Positions 36,470 through 49,136 of a DNA stretch of 64,000 nt are shown piece by piece (the first letter of the stretch is position 1; every line of letters begins with the position of its first letter). The translations under genes and the position numbers were made by a program. Source of the DNA: Psammoneis japonica (lineage: Eukaryota); the NCBI GenBank assembly GCA_008632985.1, contig QPGO01000155.1, positions 1 through 64,000 of the forward strand, read 5' to 3'. Under the pieces are notes generated by a model. It did no database searches. It was not told the DNA's origin and was given only the letters and a program-made list of their open reading frames with translations.

Positions 36470-39203
36470 GAGATGTGACAAAGCAAGCCGCAAAGCCAGT
36501 TTCACATTCGGCATTGTCCACAAATGAGTCAGTGCAAGATGAAAGACGTTGCTTTTGCTTGGGCATGACTTTGAGGCAGGGCATGATTGCAGCAGCGGAA
36601 GAGGCAAATTGCCATGGGCAACAGAGGCACAAACAGTGTGTGTGGAATCCTGCAGACTGCTTGTCACATCCCTTCCGCGGCTCTGCACTGACTCACCAAA
36701 AACACAGGGGACTGGATCTGCAGATCACAAGCAGAAGGGACAAATGCCATGCACATGATTGGTCTGATGAATGATGCAAACACAAAATTGTGATTGGACG
36801 GCAACGATGGGCTTCAGAGGGCAGGCTGAAAAAGGTGAAAATTTTGCTGAATGATTGACACACATCATGAGGATGGAAATTCAGTGCTTTTGGCAAAAAT
36901 GGCACATGCAATGTAAAAATTGACGTTGCAGCTGTTCAGAGCACAGAAGGGCAACATGAGATGGAAGGGTTTGATGACCTGTGACTCATGGCCCCTGTGT
37001 GGGTCTCTGATGCACAGTCTGAGCCTTGCATGGACTCAAATTGTCAGGTGCACAATTTGGCAGCAACCTTGTGCAATGTGGGATTCAAGTTGCAATGTGG
37101 GATTTGAGTTGTGCAATGCAGACCCAGATGTCGGGATGCAGCCTGCCCTTGCGCCGGATGGCTTCAAGCATTGGGGGCATGCACGTAAACATGTGGACAA
37201 CTTGTTGTGCATCTCCCATGACCGTCAGGAGATCATGGAACACATTGGCTCTGGGCCCACATCAAAGGATGGAAGTGTCCCAGAACTGAGCTGAATGCCC
37301 AGGTGCAAAAGTCAGAAAGCGCCAATTTTCTGACTTGGATGGCATGACATGTTTTGGGCTGTGTCCTCTGACTTGCATGTGAAAAGGGCACCAGATGATG
37401 TTGAGCTGGAACTTAAAAGAACCAACAGATTTCTTCCAATGCAGGCTTTGTGCCTTTGAGTTCTGCCTGAGCTGGACAGTTTGCCAGAATTCAGTGCCAA
37501 AATGGCCAACTGCTGTCAAGGCCTTGTCAGAGTGGTGTGTGGTGCTGAATCATGTAGCCTGCATGCGCAAAACTGGCACAGTTTCTACGAAAAAAAATCG
37601 AAAAAACACCCAGTTCACGAGACAGCTCTGGCACAAAACCTGCGCAATTAGCCCTGGTCCCCATGCATTCACACAGAACTCTACGCATTTCCGGGTTGCG
37701 GGTCCCTCCGGCCACATTGTTTGTGGGGTTCCACGATGAATTTCTCTTGTGTCTTCCTGCCTTGCACCATCCCAAATTGAACATCTGGGCAAGGTGCTCT
37801 GCATCATTGCCTGCTTGAATGCCCCCGCTTGAAGTCTGCTCTTGTGCTCAACAACACTGAGCCAATCTTTCACAAGAGCCAATTTGCCAACTGTGCTTGG
37901 GCAGAATGTCACCTGGCATGGACAAGCCTTTGCCACCAAACGTGCCAGAGACACATGGGAACAGCGCAGCTGCTGCTTTGCAGTGGGTGTTGCTGTGTGG
38001 CCGCCAATGATGCTGCTTTCCTGGATCTGAAGGCTGTCTGCAGCAATGCTGATCCTGCAAAAGTGTGCACTGGAAAATGCAACTGCCAGTGCAAGACCTG
38101 CAACAGGTTGCAGGAGTTTCATGTGACTGAGACCCGCGCAACTGGCCATTGCATGAGCCACTCACATTGCATGAAGAGTCTGTGCAGGATGCATGCAGCA
38201 CTGAGAGTGATTGATTCCATGCAAAGACCAAAGCTCCACATGTCTTGCTGTTGCGCATGCATGCACTGCTCTGCACAAAACAGTCTCACAATTCACGCAA
38301 CACACCACAAACTGTCAACAGTTTGAGCACTTGTCTGATTCCTGCATGGGCCACAGAGCAATGCCATGACTGTCAGCCACTTTGCAGAAAAGAGTGGGAT
38401 GCAAAAGTGTGCCATTTTCCTGTTCTCTGTGATTTTCCTCAGGAGGACAGCAGAAAGCAAAAAAAATGCCAAAACAGCAAGGTGCCAACAGCCATGCATG
38501 GCCAGCTGCATTTGCTCAAGTCAACAAAACAGCGCCGTCCTTCATGCATGAGAAGGCATGCTGGTGGACACATGTGACATGTGCAAAAACGTCCCTGGCC
38601 AGCAGCAGGATCTTCTGTCACTCCTGCTGTCTTGTCATGGGGGCAAGTGCAGTGGGCATCCCTGTGCAGCCACCAATGACGCTGCTTTCCTTCATCTGCA
38701 GGTTGTCTGCAGGATTGATGCTGATCCCACAGAAGTGCACGCTGGAAAATGCAACTCCTGGTGCAAGACCTGCAACAAGCTGCAGGAGTTCCATGCAACT
38801 GAGACTGGTGCAACTGGCCATCACACAAGTGACTCACCTTGTGTGAAGGGTCTGTGCAGGGTGCACGCAGTGCCAAGTGTGATTGATTCTGTGCAAAGAC
38901 TCAAGCTCCCCATGTCTTGCTGTTGAGCACACACGTGATCTGTGCAAATGCTTTTTCAATTTGTGCAACATGACACAAGTTGTCAACAGTTGTCCAATTC
39001 CTGGTGGGTCAGCTTGCTTTGTTGACACTGATCACGCAAGATGCCGTGTGATGTGCAGGTCCCACACTGTGATCCTGACATTCATTCAACCTGCGCCCAT
39101 TTTGTGCTGCTCAAAACAGCAGAAGAATGCCACAGAGTTGTCTGTCTTTGGGTCTGAATTTGTTGCAATGAAGACTGGAGTGGAGCAAATTAAAGCATTG
39201 TGA
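36470..39203 (+). mobile_element. Highly degenerate second copia RT/RNase H relic
   Basis: ADPDVGMQPALAPDGFKHWGHARKHVDNLLCISHD (RT YVDD region, ~37120-37225); FVDTDHARCRVMCRSHTVIL...VFGSEFVAMKTGVEQIKAL (RNase H, ~39015-39200). Confidence 0.8.
37975..38925. repeat. Diverged direct repeat of about 280 bp (37975-38250 versus 38645-38925) inside the copia relic
   Basis: CCAATGA(T/C)GCTGCTTTCCT...GCTGATCC...CTGGAAAATGCAACT...GTGCAAGACCTGCAACA...GTGATTGATTC in both copies. Confidence 0.8.
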
Positions 39204-39689
39204 CACAAGTGTCCAGTCAACTTGTTTTTTTGTCTGTCAGCACTGTTGAAACAACAGAGGCACAAATGGCAAAGCTCATCATCCATTTTGCAAGGATTGG
39301 AAAACCTGCATCAGGCATGCCAAAACTCCCAATCACTTGCAAGCCTTTGCAGAAGCTTCAAATGCAGCACAAAGTGTTGCTGATGCTGTCCATGCGCTGT
39401 CAGAGCTGGCGCAAGATGTTTGGTGCAATGGCAACAATGATGCTGCTGTTTTCAAGAGCAGCACAACAAATGACATTGAGGAGGATCCTGACAATCACGT
39501 CAACTGGATTTGCAAAGTCAGTTGAGCCGGCTCGCGTCCTCTTTTGTGCGCCAATGAACTTTGCCAACAAGGCTTTGATCCAGACTCCAACAGCTCTGCC
39601 TTTTTCAGTGCAAGCATTTGCATCCTGAACAAGGAGTTCAAAAATTGCCAGCCTGTGCATTTGAATTGATTCTCACCAAGGTCATCAAA

Positions 39690-40990
39690 GAAGAAGTGGC
39701 CAATTTTCCCCTTGCTGTGGCAAGTCTGCTGTTGCAACCCACATGCTTGTCACAGGAGGATGCATGCTAGAAACTTCAGGTGAAGGATGCAAGCAGGCTG
39801 CAAATGGCTGCAATGGCTGCCTTGCACTCAGTGTTTGGAGCAGAGGTGGGAGCGGGCTCTGGAGGAGGAGCTGCTGCTGCTGCCGGAAGAGTGGTTGTGG
39901 CACCAGCCACTTTGGCAACAGGGAAGCAGTGCTTGGCCTTGCAATGACAATGACGATCTTTGCCGCTGTTGCTTTTTTTTGCTTTGGTTGGTGGTTGCCA
40001 TTTCTTGGAATGGGCTGGTGAGGCAATGCACCCTTGTTGGAGGGTTGGCCATTGTTCTGAGCATGTTTCACATCAAAAAATCACAACTGGCTTTGGACAA
40101 TTGGCCAAAGCACGCCAGTGCATGGGTGCCACCACAGTCAAAGCAGGAAACAACACCAGCAACAAACAAAGTGGCTTTTTCTTGGCAGCCACACTGGACC
40201 ACTTGTCAGATGTCACAAGGGACAAATGCTCAAACTTGGCAAAAGAGAGGATGTCCTCTGCTGCAGTGTTGCCTGTGGCAGAGCCACTCTGCCTCTGAAG
40301 CTCAGAGGTCTTGGAGGACTTGGGAAAATGACAAAAGAGTGCATTTGATGCCAGCACACTTGAGGTTTGGAATGCCTTGGCAACATTGTCTGTAAAGTCA
40401 GATGGGACAACTGACTGGCCCTTCTGGTCCAAAAGGTTCTCAAGTCATGAGTGACCACACCACGGATGAGAGAGACAACTTTGATGACATCTTTGCCGCC
40501 AAAGTTGGAAATCTTGAGGTTGGCTGCATCACAAACCAAATGGTGAGCAGCTTCCATTGAGTTGCTCTGAAGGAGCTTCATCATGAGGACAAAGAACAAG
40601 GGTCTGCCCTGCCCATTGCAAGGACACTTCAGGCATGCCTCGCTGACTTTCTTCTGAGGGGCATGTGAGGCATTGATTGTTTCAGGACTTTGACTGGACC
40701 GTGCAAGAGCACTCAACGTTCTGCATGTGGGGTTGCATGCAAATGTGCACAGAGCTCAATTTTCATCCACTGGAGAGAAAGAGATGAACACAGGAGTCGT
40801 GGAGTGTGATGGCTGGGCTCTCAACCTGCAACAAGAACAACTCTTGTCTGAGAGCTGGAGAAGGTCGACTGAAGAAGGTTGAGCAGACAGGTGCATTGCC
40901 ATCAACAGGGTAAACGACTGTGGTGTAATCAACAGAGCAGCTAATGTCTCATTACACCAGGGCCCGATGTTGCAATTGTGAGCAGCAAAG
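39690..40990 (-). mobile_element. Degenerate retroelement gag-like fragment
   Basis: GRPLFFVLMMKLLQSNSMEAAHHLV...LKISNFGGKDVIKVVSLIRG resembles diatom copia gag, from memory. Confidence 0.4.
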
Positions 40991-41544
40991 AGAAAAAGGT
41001 CACCAAAGGTGAAGGGCGGGAAACCGCACACGCAAGTGTGAGCGCGCGAATCGCGAATGAGTTCGCACTGTGTTGACAGCACCGGCAGCGGGGCCCCGCA
41101 CAATGTGAACAGAAGCAAAAGGACAAAGTGCTGGAACAAGCAATGGATGATTTAGATGTTGGCTGTAACGTACAAAGCGTCGGCGTCCAAGATAGCTGAA
41201 TACAGCGTTCAGGTCCCTGCATGACGCGTACATCATGTTTCTGCGCTCCCCCCTCGGCTTGAGCAATGATGAGCAACAAGAATCACGTGAAAAAAGTGTC
41301 TGAATGACGTCCGTACACCCAAATTCTGAGCTACCTTTTCCACAAACCGCTACTCCAGTAGAGAGTAGTGCGAAACTAGAAACCAACCGAAATCTAACTA
41401 CGAAGAATACACTCCAAGAAAAGACTTTCTGAAAAGCATATCTTGTGGGCCTATTCTTTGTGCGAGACCCGATAAAATGCATTTTGGTTCAATCCCTTAT
41501 CGCCATTGTTTTAAGCCAGTCGCATTGCCTACTACCCATAAGAA

Positions 41545-42728
41545 TTACGGAGTTCTTCTCATTGCCACTGTAACACCATTGTTATTGACGTCGAGTCGTT
41601 TGCTTTTCAATTCCACAGTCGTTCCGTGTTCGACATCATGGGATTTTTCCAACAATAGTTGTTCTCGTTCTTCCTCGACATGCTCGTGTTTTTTGTCTTG
41701 CTTTTCCAATACGCTCACGTACGAGTATCGCGCCGATCCCACCAAGACAACGAAAATACCAGCTCCATTCAACGTCGAGATTGGTGTTTGGAACATAATC
41801 GTTGATATCAAAATCATCAAAACTTGCTTGACATTGGCCGCAATGCATAGCGTTAGCGGAGAAGTCAGTTTGTTGGCTTGGAGCGAACAGATATTGAGGG
41901 AAAACGAAAACAATCCACTTGATAAGACCACCAACAATGTAGGGTGAAGTGTTAAATCTGTCCTTGCCAGTATGGACGACACTTCGCCCGTCAGTATACT
42001 CAGCAACAAACATTGCACCATGGCGAGTGGCGCCATATGTCCCAACAAATCCACGGGATGCAATTGAAAGGGTCCCGTTAATAATTCACCCGATGCCACT
42101 ACTTTCAACGCCGCCAAAATGACACAGGCAACGGTATAGACAAATCCCAGTGCCGTATAACTTAAATCTCCAAAACACGCCATGGCCACTCCGAATACGA
42201 CTGGCAACACAGCAACAGCTCGCCTTGAAGAGATTGGCTTCTTCATGCACCATCCCATGCAAATTGTGATTGCCGGTACCAAGCTCCGCATGACTTGATT
42301 GAAATTGACAGAAACATATTTCAGAGAGACGTTTCCCACGGCAATATTGAGAGAAAACACCACAGAAAACAACAAAATGCGATTGTACCGCACAGACTTG
42401 TTTCTCGGAATTTCAGAATTATATCTCAGAACAAACCATGACCCAATCGAGTTGCAAAACATGTGTACAAACGAAAGAAAAAACGGATACCGAAAATCAA
42501 CCTTTTGAAACGCAGACTTGTTGAGCAGCGTCACACCAACATTGTTTACGGTCCATACAACTAGCCAAAGACTGTATTTTATTGAATTGAATTGAGCATT
42601 GGGAACAGGAGTTACAGTGAGCTTTAAGTACAAAAGAGTGAATAATAAAACAAAACAACGACTCACAAGGCACTGTCTTTGGATGACAACCACGACGACG
42701 ACGACATGGTGGCATTGGTTTTATTCAT
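41545..42728 (-). CDS. Triose-phosphate/nucleotide-sugar transporter family protein (TPT/SLC35E-like), 2 exons
   Basis: LLNK...[31 protein letters not shown] and [15 protein letters not shown] motifs. Predicted intron 42572-42666 (GTGAGT...TACAG) joins [21 protein letters not shown] to LWLVVW. Confidence 0.9.
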
Positions 42729-42799
42729 GTCGTTGGTTGTTGGCGTTGCGTGTAAAATAATATATGCTAACATACGTGATTGTACCGGTATGGTTTTTG

Positions 42800-44395
42800 T
42801 CAAAAATGAGTTGCGATGAGTGCGGTCGGTTGGTTGACGACGACGACTGCGCCCCGCCTCTGCACCCTCGGGCATGTCATCGATGTCCGCGAAATGACCG
42901 ACAAACGGACAAGAACTGCGACAACGCACACACTTGAGTTGCACCATCTTGCACCAACATGAACAACACACGTGTTTGCAGACAGCTGCAGTGCATCCTT
43001 GCAAACAAAAGCTGTTCTTGTTTGCCAACAGGAGCAACCCTGGTGGCTTGCTTGCCAGGAGCAGCAGCAGCAGCAGCATTGCACGTTTTGCTGTTGGCAG
43101 CAGCAGGTGCCGGAAACAGCAAATTTTTTTCTTTCCTTTGGGTTGGTGTGCAGAAAAGGAATCAACATTTGAGGACTTCCCACCATGTCTCCTTGGGTGG
43201 GCAGCCTTTCCACTTTTGCTCCCCCACAAAAACTCAGGAAGCAGGCTCTCTCTGCTGCCTGGTGCCAAGATTGCTGGTGTGTCATCTGACCAAGCCCTCA
43301 GCGCACACCAAGTGTCGGGGGGCATGCCAAACCCACATTTCATGAGGTGCTGAAAGCATTGAAGCACCTTCTTGGCCTCTGCTGCACACAAAAAGCAAGA
43401 GGGGGACACATGCTTGTGACTGCCAGTTGGGGGGCAACCCAAAATGCTGTTGCGGCGGGCAGCTGTTGTCACTGGGAAAGTCGGGCACACCCCCCCCTTG
43501 CTGCCTGGAAGAACAGCAGCTCATGGCACACAAAATGGGGGGAGTGCTGCTGGCACCACTTTGTTGACAAAGTGTTTGTGGGCAAGGAAGGCACACTTTG
43601 CTCACAGCAGCCAGCTCATCATCGTGGCTTCTCACCTTTCAAAATTTTGCCACAGGCGCACCTTGTGTGGATGCAAAACAGATGGTGAGAGCAGCGCAAA
43701 CACAATCAAAGCCGCCAAGAGTGCTGCACAACACCTGAGCATTTGGAGTGCCAGCTGAATTTGCCAAGAGCAGTGGGCAAGAGAGCAATTTTGTCAAGAG
43801 CCTGGCTCATGATCTTGGCATGGGTTGTGGCCCCGGCACCATGTTCCATGTTTGAGAGGTTTGTCTCATGGCAGCTGCTTTGGTTTCTGCCAATTTTTTC
43901 AGAAATGATGTTCAGTGTTGTTTGCCTCATGCAGCTTGTTCTCTCTGAGCAGGTGGGTTCATCAAGAATCTTGAGAAAATCATGGCTTCAACAAAAGAGT
44001 GTTGTGCCAATCAAGTGAGAAAAAGAGTGGCCTGAGCAAGCTGCCAATTGCTTGAGATCTGCTCAAATGATGCCAGATTCTGTCCATCTTGCTCTGTTGC
44101 TTTTGACAAGAGAGAGCAAGCTCCAGTGAGAGGGTGAGCTGTGGTGTGCAAGTGAAAGAAGACACAGAGCTTCCAACCTCCCAGCCTTGGCTTGGTGGTC
44201 TGTTTTGATGCTTGCATGCTTTGCTGAAGTTTGACTGTTTTGGCTGCAAGTGCTCAACAGGGTGCATCACAGTCATTGCCGGCACCTCTCCTGCAAGCAA
44301 TTTGATGTGTCCATCCCACATGGACACATTGAAATTTGCCCACAATCTTCACCTGCAGCCTGAAGCTGACAACAAATGAGAGGTGGTTTTGATGT
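42800..44395. other. TpA- and CpG-poor domain, unidentifiable relic
   Basis: Essentially no TA dinucleotides between two intact genes; CA/TG-rich. Confidence 0.8.
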
Positions 44396-44720
44396 GTTAG
44401 CGGTCGAAGCAAGCAGTGAGACATGTAAGAACGAAACCGCACTTGACGCCGGGGCGAAGGTGAGCACCGGAATCAAAAATTTTGACGTCCAACTTTTTAG
44501 GTTACAAACGACGTGCCCTCAGGTTACATTAACGGTGCGATTGACCAAAATGAGATGAGAAACAGTGATGGCTTCTAATTCACATGGCACTAGTCTATCA
44601 CTTGCTGTTGTTCTGTCTGCTTGTTTCTGATCTTTACGATTCGTTTTTATTCTCTATTGTTATAGTAAGCTCACGACAACGCGAGCCATCTCTTTAAGCT
44701 TAGCTTTCGTTATTCGTTGC

Positions 44721-46076
44721 TCACAAAGATAGCTTTGCTGTTATAGTTCTTCCAAGCGGCGAGTCAAGAATCGCCGTTGATACAAATACTGTTAGAACAA
44801 CGCCGAGGATGTCCATCACCACTTGTATTGTCGTAGAGCTGTGAGCTGGGTCAATGTTTATTCTTTTCAGCAACAGTGGTAGCAACGCCCCAAGACACAC
44901 ACTAGAGAATACAATCATGGCAAGAGCGGCCGTTACCGCAATTGTTTCTGCCATTGGAGTGTGAAAGAGAAATGCTCTGACGAATCCGGCCAAACTCAAT
45001 ACCAAGGACAAGCTCAGTGCCATTTTGAATTCTCTTTGCAGAAATTGTCCTTGCGTCCTGTCATTGAGTGTCCCAAGTGCAATGCCTCGAATAACTAAGA
45101 GAAGACGAAGAGGATGTCAGTTATTAAACGTGCAAAGAGTGACAAACCAGTGCTGCAGGGACATACCTCGCACACTAGCCTGGTTGCCAGCGTTTCCACC
45201 AGCGCCCACAAGCATGGTTAGGAAATATACAATCACTGGGTGGCTTTGCAGCAGTTGCTCATTGTGGCTAAGAATCAACCCTGAACATGATTGGAGAGCC
45301 AGCAAACCCACCAACCAATAGGCTCTGTCCCGAAGAGCGTCTGTAAAGGATACATTTGGTTCAATGGGACAGGTGTCTGATCCCATTTCTAACTCATCAC
45401 ACCATAGCAAGACGTCCTCGTCCTTATCAATAAAGGATGTACTTGTAGCCTCGAGTTCTTCTCCTGTCAGCGTCAGTCCCTCGTTGACTTCAGCGTTTTC
45501 TTCCAAGTCAGCTTCTGGGAACCACGAAACGTCTGTATTTGGACTTCCTAAAGCTGCTGCACGTCGCAATCTTCCTTCTCCTTCGAAAGTTTCAATGACA
45601 ATTTTTGGTGTCTGCTTTTCTATTTTCAGTGATTCGTTTTCTAATTCGAGTTGCGTGATTGTTTTGCGCAGCAATTCGTTCTCTTTACGGAGCATGGCAT
45701 ACTCTGTTTTTGAGTTGTCAGCGCGTACTGGTACGACTCGAGAGAACATCGAAGCTATTCCATGCCGGATCCCTTTCTTCGAAGACGAGGACGAGGACGA
45801 GTCGTCTCCAACATCACTTCGTGATGCCTTCAACACTTTCGTGCTCTTCCAGTCACGATGAGATGATGGTGCCGGTGTGTGGGAAACAACGTGTCGTCGA
45901 TGAATTCCCTGTGCTCCCAGTGGCAGTAATGCTTGTGCTTCTTGAGTCATTATTGGAAGGACGGCAACAGTCGTAGTAACGACTATTAATGAAAGGTAAT
46001 GCGGATCGAACTTCATCGCCTCGTCGTCATGGTCACTTTCGATTATTTCGATTGGCGCGGCGCCGCGTGATGACAT
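44721..46076 (-). CDS. MgtE/SLC41-like divalent cation transporter, 2 exons
   Basis: FLTMLVGAGGNAGNQASVR|VIRG and IDPAHSSTTIQVVMDILG. Predicted intron 45095-45166. Start codon uncertain. Confidence 0.88.
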
Positions 46077-46382
46077 TCAGTACGGTACATAGTCTACATG
46101 CATGCCTACTGTACGCAGCGCAGGCAAGTCCTATCCGGGTTCTCTCTTTTCCCGCGCAAAATCGCCGATCGCATCGCAGACGATCGAGTTGTTCTCGCAG
46201 TAGCAGTTCTCACATGCTACATGCTGATGTACATCGTACATCGAACAACATCAACAAAATTATATCCAATAACATCATCACACTTGCTTCAACGCTCAAC
46301 GGACGACCCAACTTGCATTCTCCTTGACACACCAACTGTTGACGTCTTTGCACCGTGTCATCTCAATCTACATGCACACAGA

Positions 46383-46793
46383 ATGAAGTCCCTGAAAATT
46401 AGTCTCCTCTACTTTGCTGTTGTGGATTTTCTGATATTCATAACATCGCAAGCGGACCCCCAACTTGTGTTGAAGCTTTTGCCGCAGTTTTCAATGGGCA
46501 AATCCGACCAAGATGAGCAGTTCAAGTTGGCATATGTCCGACTCGTTGGTATTCTGTTTCTAAGCCTCGGTATCTCTCGATTTTTTGGCGCTGTTTATAT
46601 GACTGAAAAAGGCATTGTTGAAATATCCATGTTGAGCTGGATTGTTGAGTTGACGTACGTCGGATTAGAGTTGGCAAGAGACACCTTCAGAATGGAGGAA
46701 AATGTCGCGACATTGGTCCTGGCCCCGCTTATGCTCCTCTGGAGTGCATTGTACTACACGAGGAATTTTTATCGACCAATCAAGCAGGACTGA
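46383..46793 (+). CDS. Small multi-pass membrane protein of unknown function (136 aa)
   Basis: MKSLKISLLYFAVVDFLIF..., about four hydrophobic segments, normal composition. Confidence 0.65.
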   Translation: MKSLKISLLYFAVVDFLIFITSQADPQLVLKLLPQFSMGKSDQDEQFKLAYVRLVGILFLSLGISRFFGAVYMTEKGIVEISMLSWIVELTYVGLELARDTFRMEENVATLVLAPLMLLWSALYYTRNFYRPIKQD

Positions 46794-47312
46794 TTATTTG
46801 TTTCTCAGAAGTGAATCAAGCGTACATGAACTATGGGAAAGCGACCTTACAAGAATACAACCAAGCTAGGGGATCAGTGATTGAAATACAGTTACTGAGT
46901 GTTGGTTATCTTTTCAACAATTGCGATTATAAAAGTGAAATGCGTTCCAAACTTTACACCGCCAGCTGTCACAATCTCGTTGGTTTTTGCAAGCTATTGT
47001 GTTCTTTTATTCGCTAGACTTGTCTTCGCGCCTTCAGTACATCAGAGAAGGAGGGACAACACTCTCGTATCGAATATTTCTACGGCAGCGTTAGCGACAC
47101 AACTGCAATGGGCTCCACCTTGAATGAGGAAGCGAAGGCACACGTCCGCGTCTACTTGTGCACGCGATGGGGAACGTGACACATTCATTCCTCCTTCGTT
47201 ACAATGCGTCTTGATAGCAATATGTTCAAGTGTATACAGTAGCAACATCTCTCTCTGTCACTGTGGTGCCCGACGGTTGAATCTGACATCATCGGTATCA
47301 TCTTGTATGACA

Positions 47313-48530
47313 TCATGGAGCCGCATGAGGTGTCACAATGACTTCCATAGGACTCAATAATTTGGCTTGGACGTCATTCAACAGTTTCGAGTCGTCATAC
47401 CCTTTGTACATTGTGCCGACAAGTCTTTGGTAGTCTTTTCGTTTTCGCACCGCAGTCATCTTCTCTTGTCGTCGGTATCGGTTCGTGGCTTTCCTCCCAG
47501 TCGAATCCGTTTCACCAATACGGTCAAGACAAGAAATTGCAGATTGCTTGTCAATGATAAAAATGTTATTCCGATGGATACCGGCCATCTCATACGCCAT
47601 GGCGTCGGCGGTATTGTTACCAAACCCAACAACGATTGGCGTGTGCGTTTGATCGGACGAACCCACTACCGCAGCAAACGGCAAAACTACCTGTCGCAAT
47701 AGCAGGTCAGCCTTGTACTTGTACACATCTTTCGAAACCAATTCAGAAAACAAAACTTGTCCCAAGTGACCCGAATGACAAAATAGTGGACCGGGTGGCA
47801 ATCTGCACCCATCCTTTTGCTCAAGATGAAACAAAAAGTCTCGAGTCGACTGTGCCAAACTCATTGGCCGTGACGTAAGATAAAGAATACGGACATTGCT
47901 TTTGTCTACAGAATCTTCTCCCCCAGAAATGGCGGATAAAAATTCGCACACACCCTGATGAGCATACAAATGTCTTTCCAATACGACTGTATCGAGGACT
48001 CCGCGAACATTGCTTTTTGTAATCGTACCGTCAATGTCGCTCACGATTACTTTGTCAGTCGCACGCCACAAGTAAATGCTAAAGTGTGCTACTCCAAGAT
48101 TTGTTCTCGTAGCTTTTGAATCTTTCTTAGAGGAACAAGTCAAAACGTATCGAGCTTGGTTTCGCCCAGGTTTGAGTAAAGCAGACAATCGGAGCAGAGC
48201 ATCGGCATCCGGTTTGGTTGAGTGACCCCGGAAGAACACAATTTCGCCATTGCGTCGGCAAATCAAATCTAGACCGACATCTTCTTCCTCCTCCTCTTGA
48301 GGTTTCTTCTTCGATACAGTCGAGCTTCCGAGAAAAATTTTGACAGACAAGAGGTCTTGACGACGTTGCTGCGTAAAAGGGAATCGCACGACAAAATCGC
48401 TGCACGCCACTTTTTCTCCGCTGCTTACCAAAATTGCATCTGCTGCGTCGCCAGTGAATAAGCAATCATCTTGACCACAAGATAGTGAACAACTGTCAGG
48501 TATGGAAATATGACCCGGTTCGAGCGCCAT
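47313..48530 (-). CDS. Lipin/LNS2 phosphatidate phosphatase-like protein
   Basis: VIVSDIDGTITKSNVRG (HAD DxDxT motif), YLTSRP, LPPGPL and GFGNNTADAMAY. Likely ATG at 48530. Confidence 0.9.
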   Translation of the reverse strand: MALEPGHISIPDSCSLSCGQDDCLFTGDAADAILVSSGEKVACSDFVVRFPFTQQRRQDLLSVKIFLGSSTVSKKKPQEEEEEDVGLDLICRRNGEIVFFRGHSTKPDADALLRLSALLKPGRNQARYVLTCSSKKDSKATRTNLGVAHFSIYLWRATDKVIVSDIDGTITKSNVRGVLDTVVLERHLYAHQGVCEFLSAISGGEDSVDKSNVRILYLTSRPMSLAQSTRDFLFHLEQKDGCRLPPGPLFCHSGHLGQVLFSELVSKDVYKYKADLLLRQVVLPFAAVVGSSDQTHTPIVVGFGNNTADAMAYEMAGIHRNNIFIIDKQSAISCLDRIGETDSTGRKATNRYRRQEKMTAVRKRKDYQRLVGTMYKGYDDSKLLNDVQAKLLSPMEVIVTPHAAP

Positions 48531-49136
48531 TGCGGGCAAACAGGGTACCGGTACAGCAGCTCCTATTTTGGAATTTTGGTTTGGTTGCCGGCACTGTAGG
48601 TCCGTCGGTCCTGTGGTCGGTCGCGCACGCGGGACACGAGGGATGCATGACGTGGACGTCTCGCACAGCCAGCCATTTTCCCGCCAAATTTTCATTAGTA
48701 AATAATCTACATAACCATATATCATTTCCAAATTTGAAATGTCTCAAACTCCTTCCGACAGCGTCCGTGTGTCGTCAGTGGATACGATGACACGCAACAA
48801 CGCAGTTTCAATTTGAATAGCAAAGGGCGCCACGGCGGCAGCACAACGACTCGACAGTCAAATGTTCCTTTTACATACTATATGCTACTAACTAATGATC
48901 ATATGGTAACAACTCGAAACTCGCATGAAGAATTGCGTCCGAAATGAGAAAATGCTCTGACCTAAATTCTTTGCTACGGATGAAGTTAATTCACACTGAA
49001 ATGACTCGCTGTCTGCCACATGAAAGTCTATTTTCGCGCCGCACCCACCAAGGTCCCGACGGATTACGAAAATACTCGTCCGTTAACCAGGGTCGCAGCG
49101 GTTGACAAAGTTACTCAAGCATCCATGCATCACCGA

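Noticed and set aside
32325..41150. CpG methylation decay alone explaining TG/CA richness
   Set aside because: It cannot remove TpA, and the young copia keeps CpG while lacking TpA.
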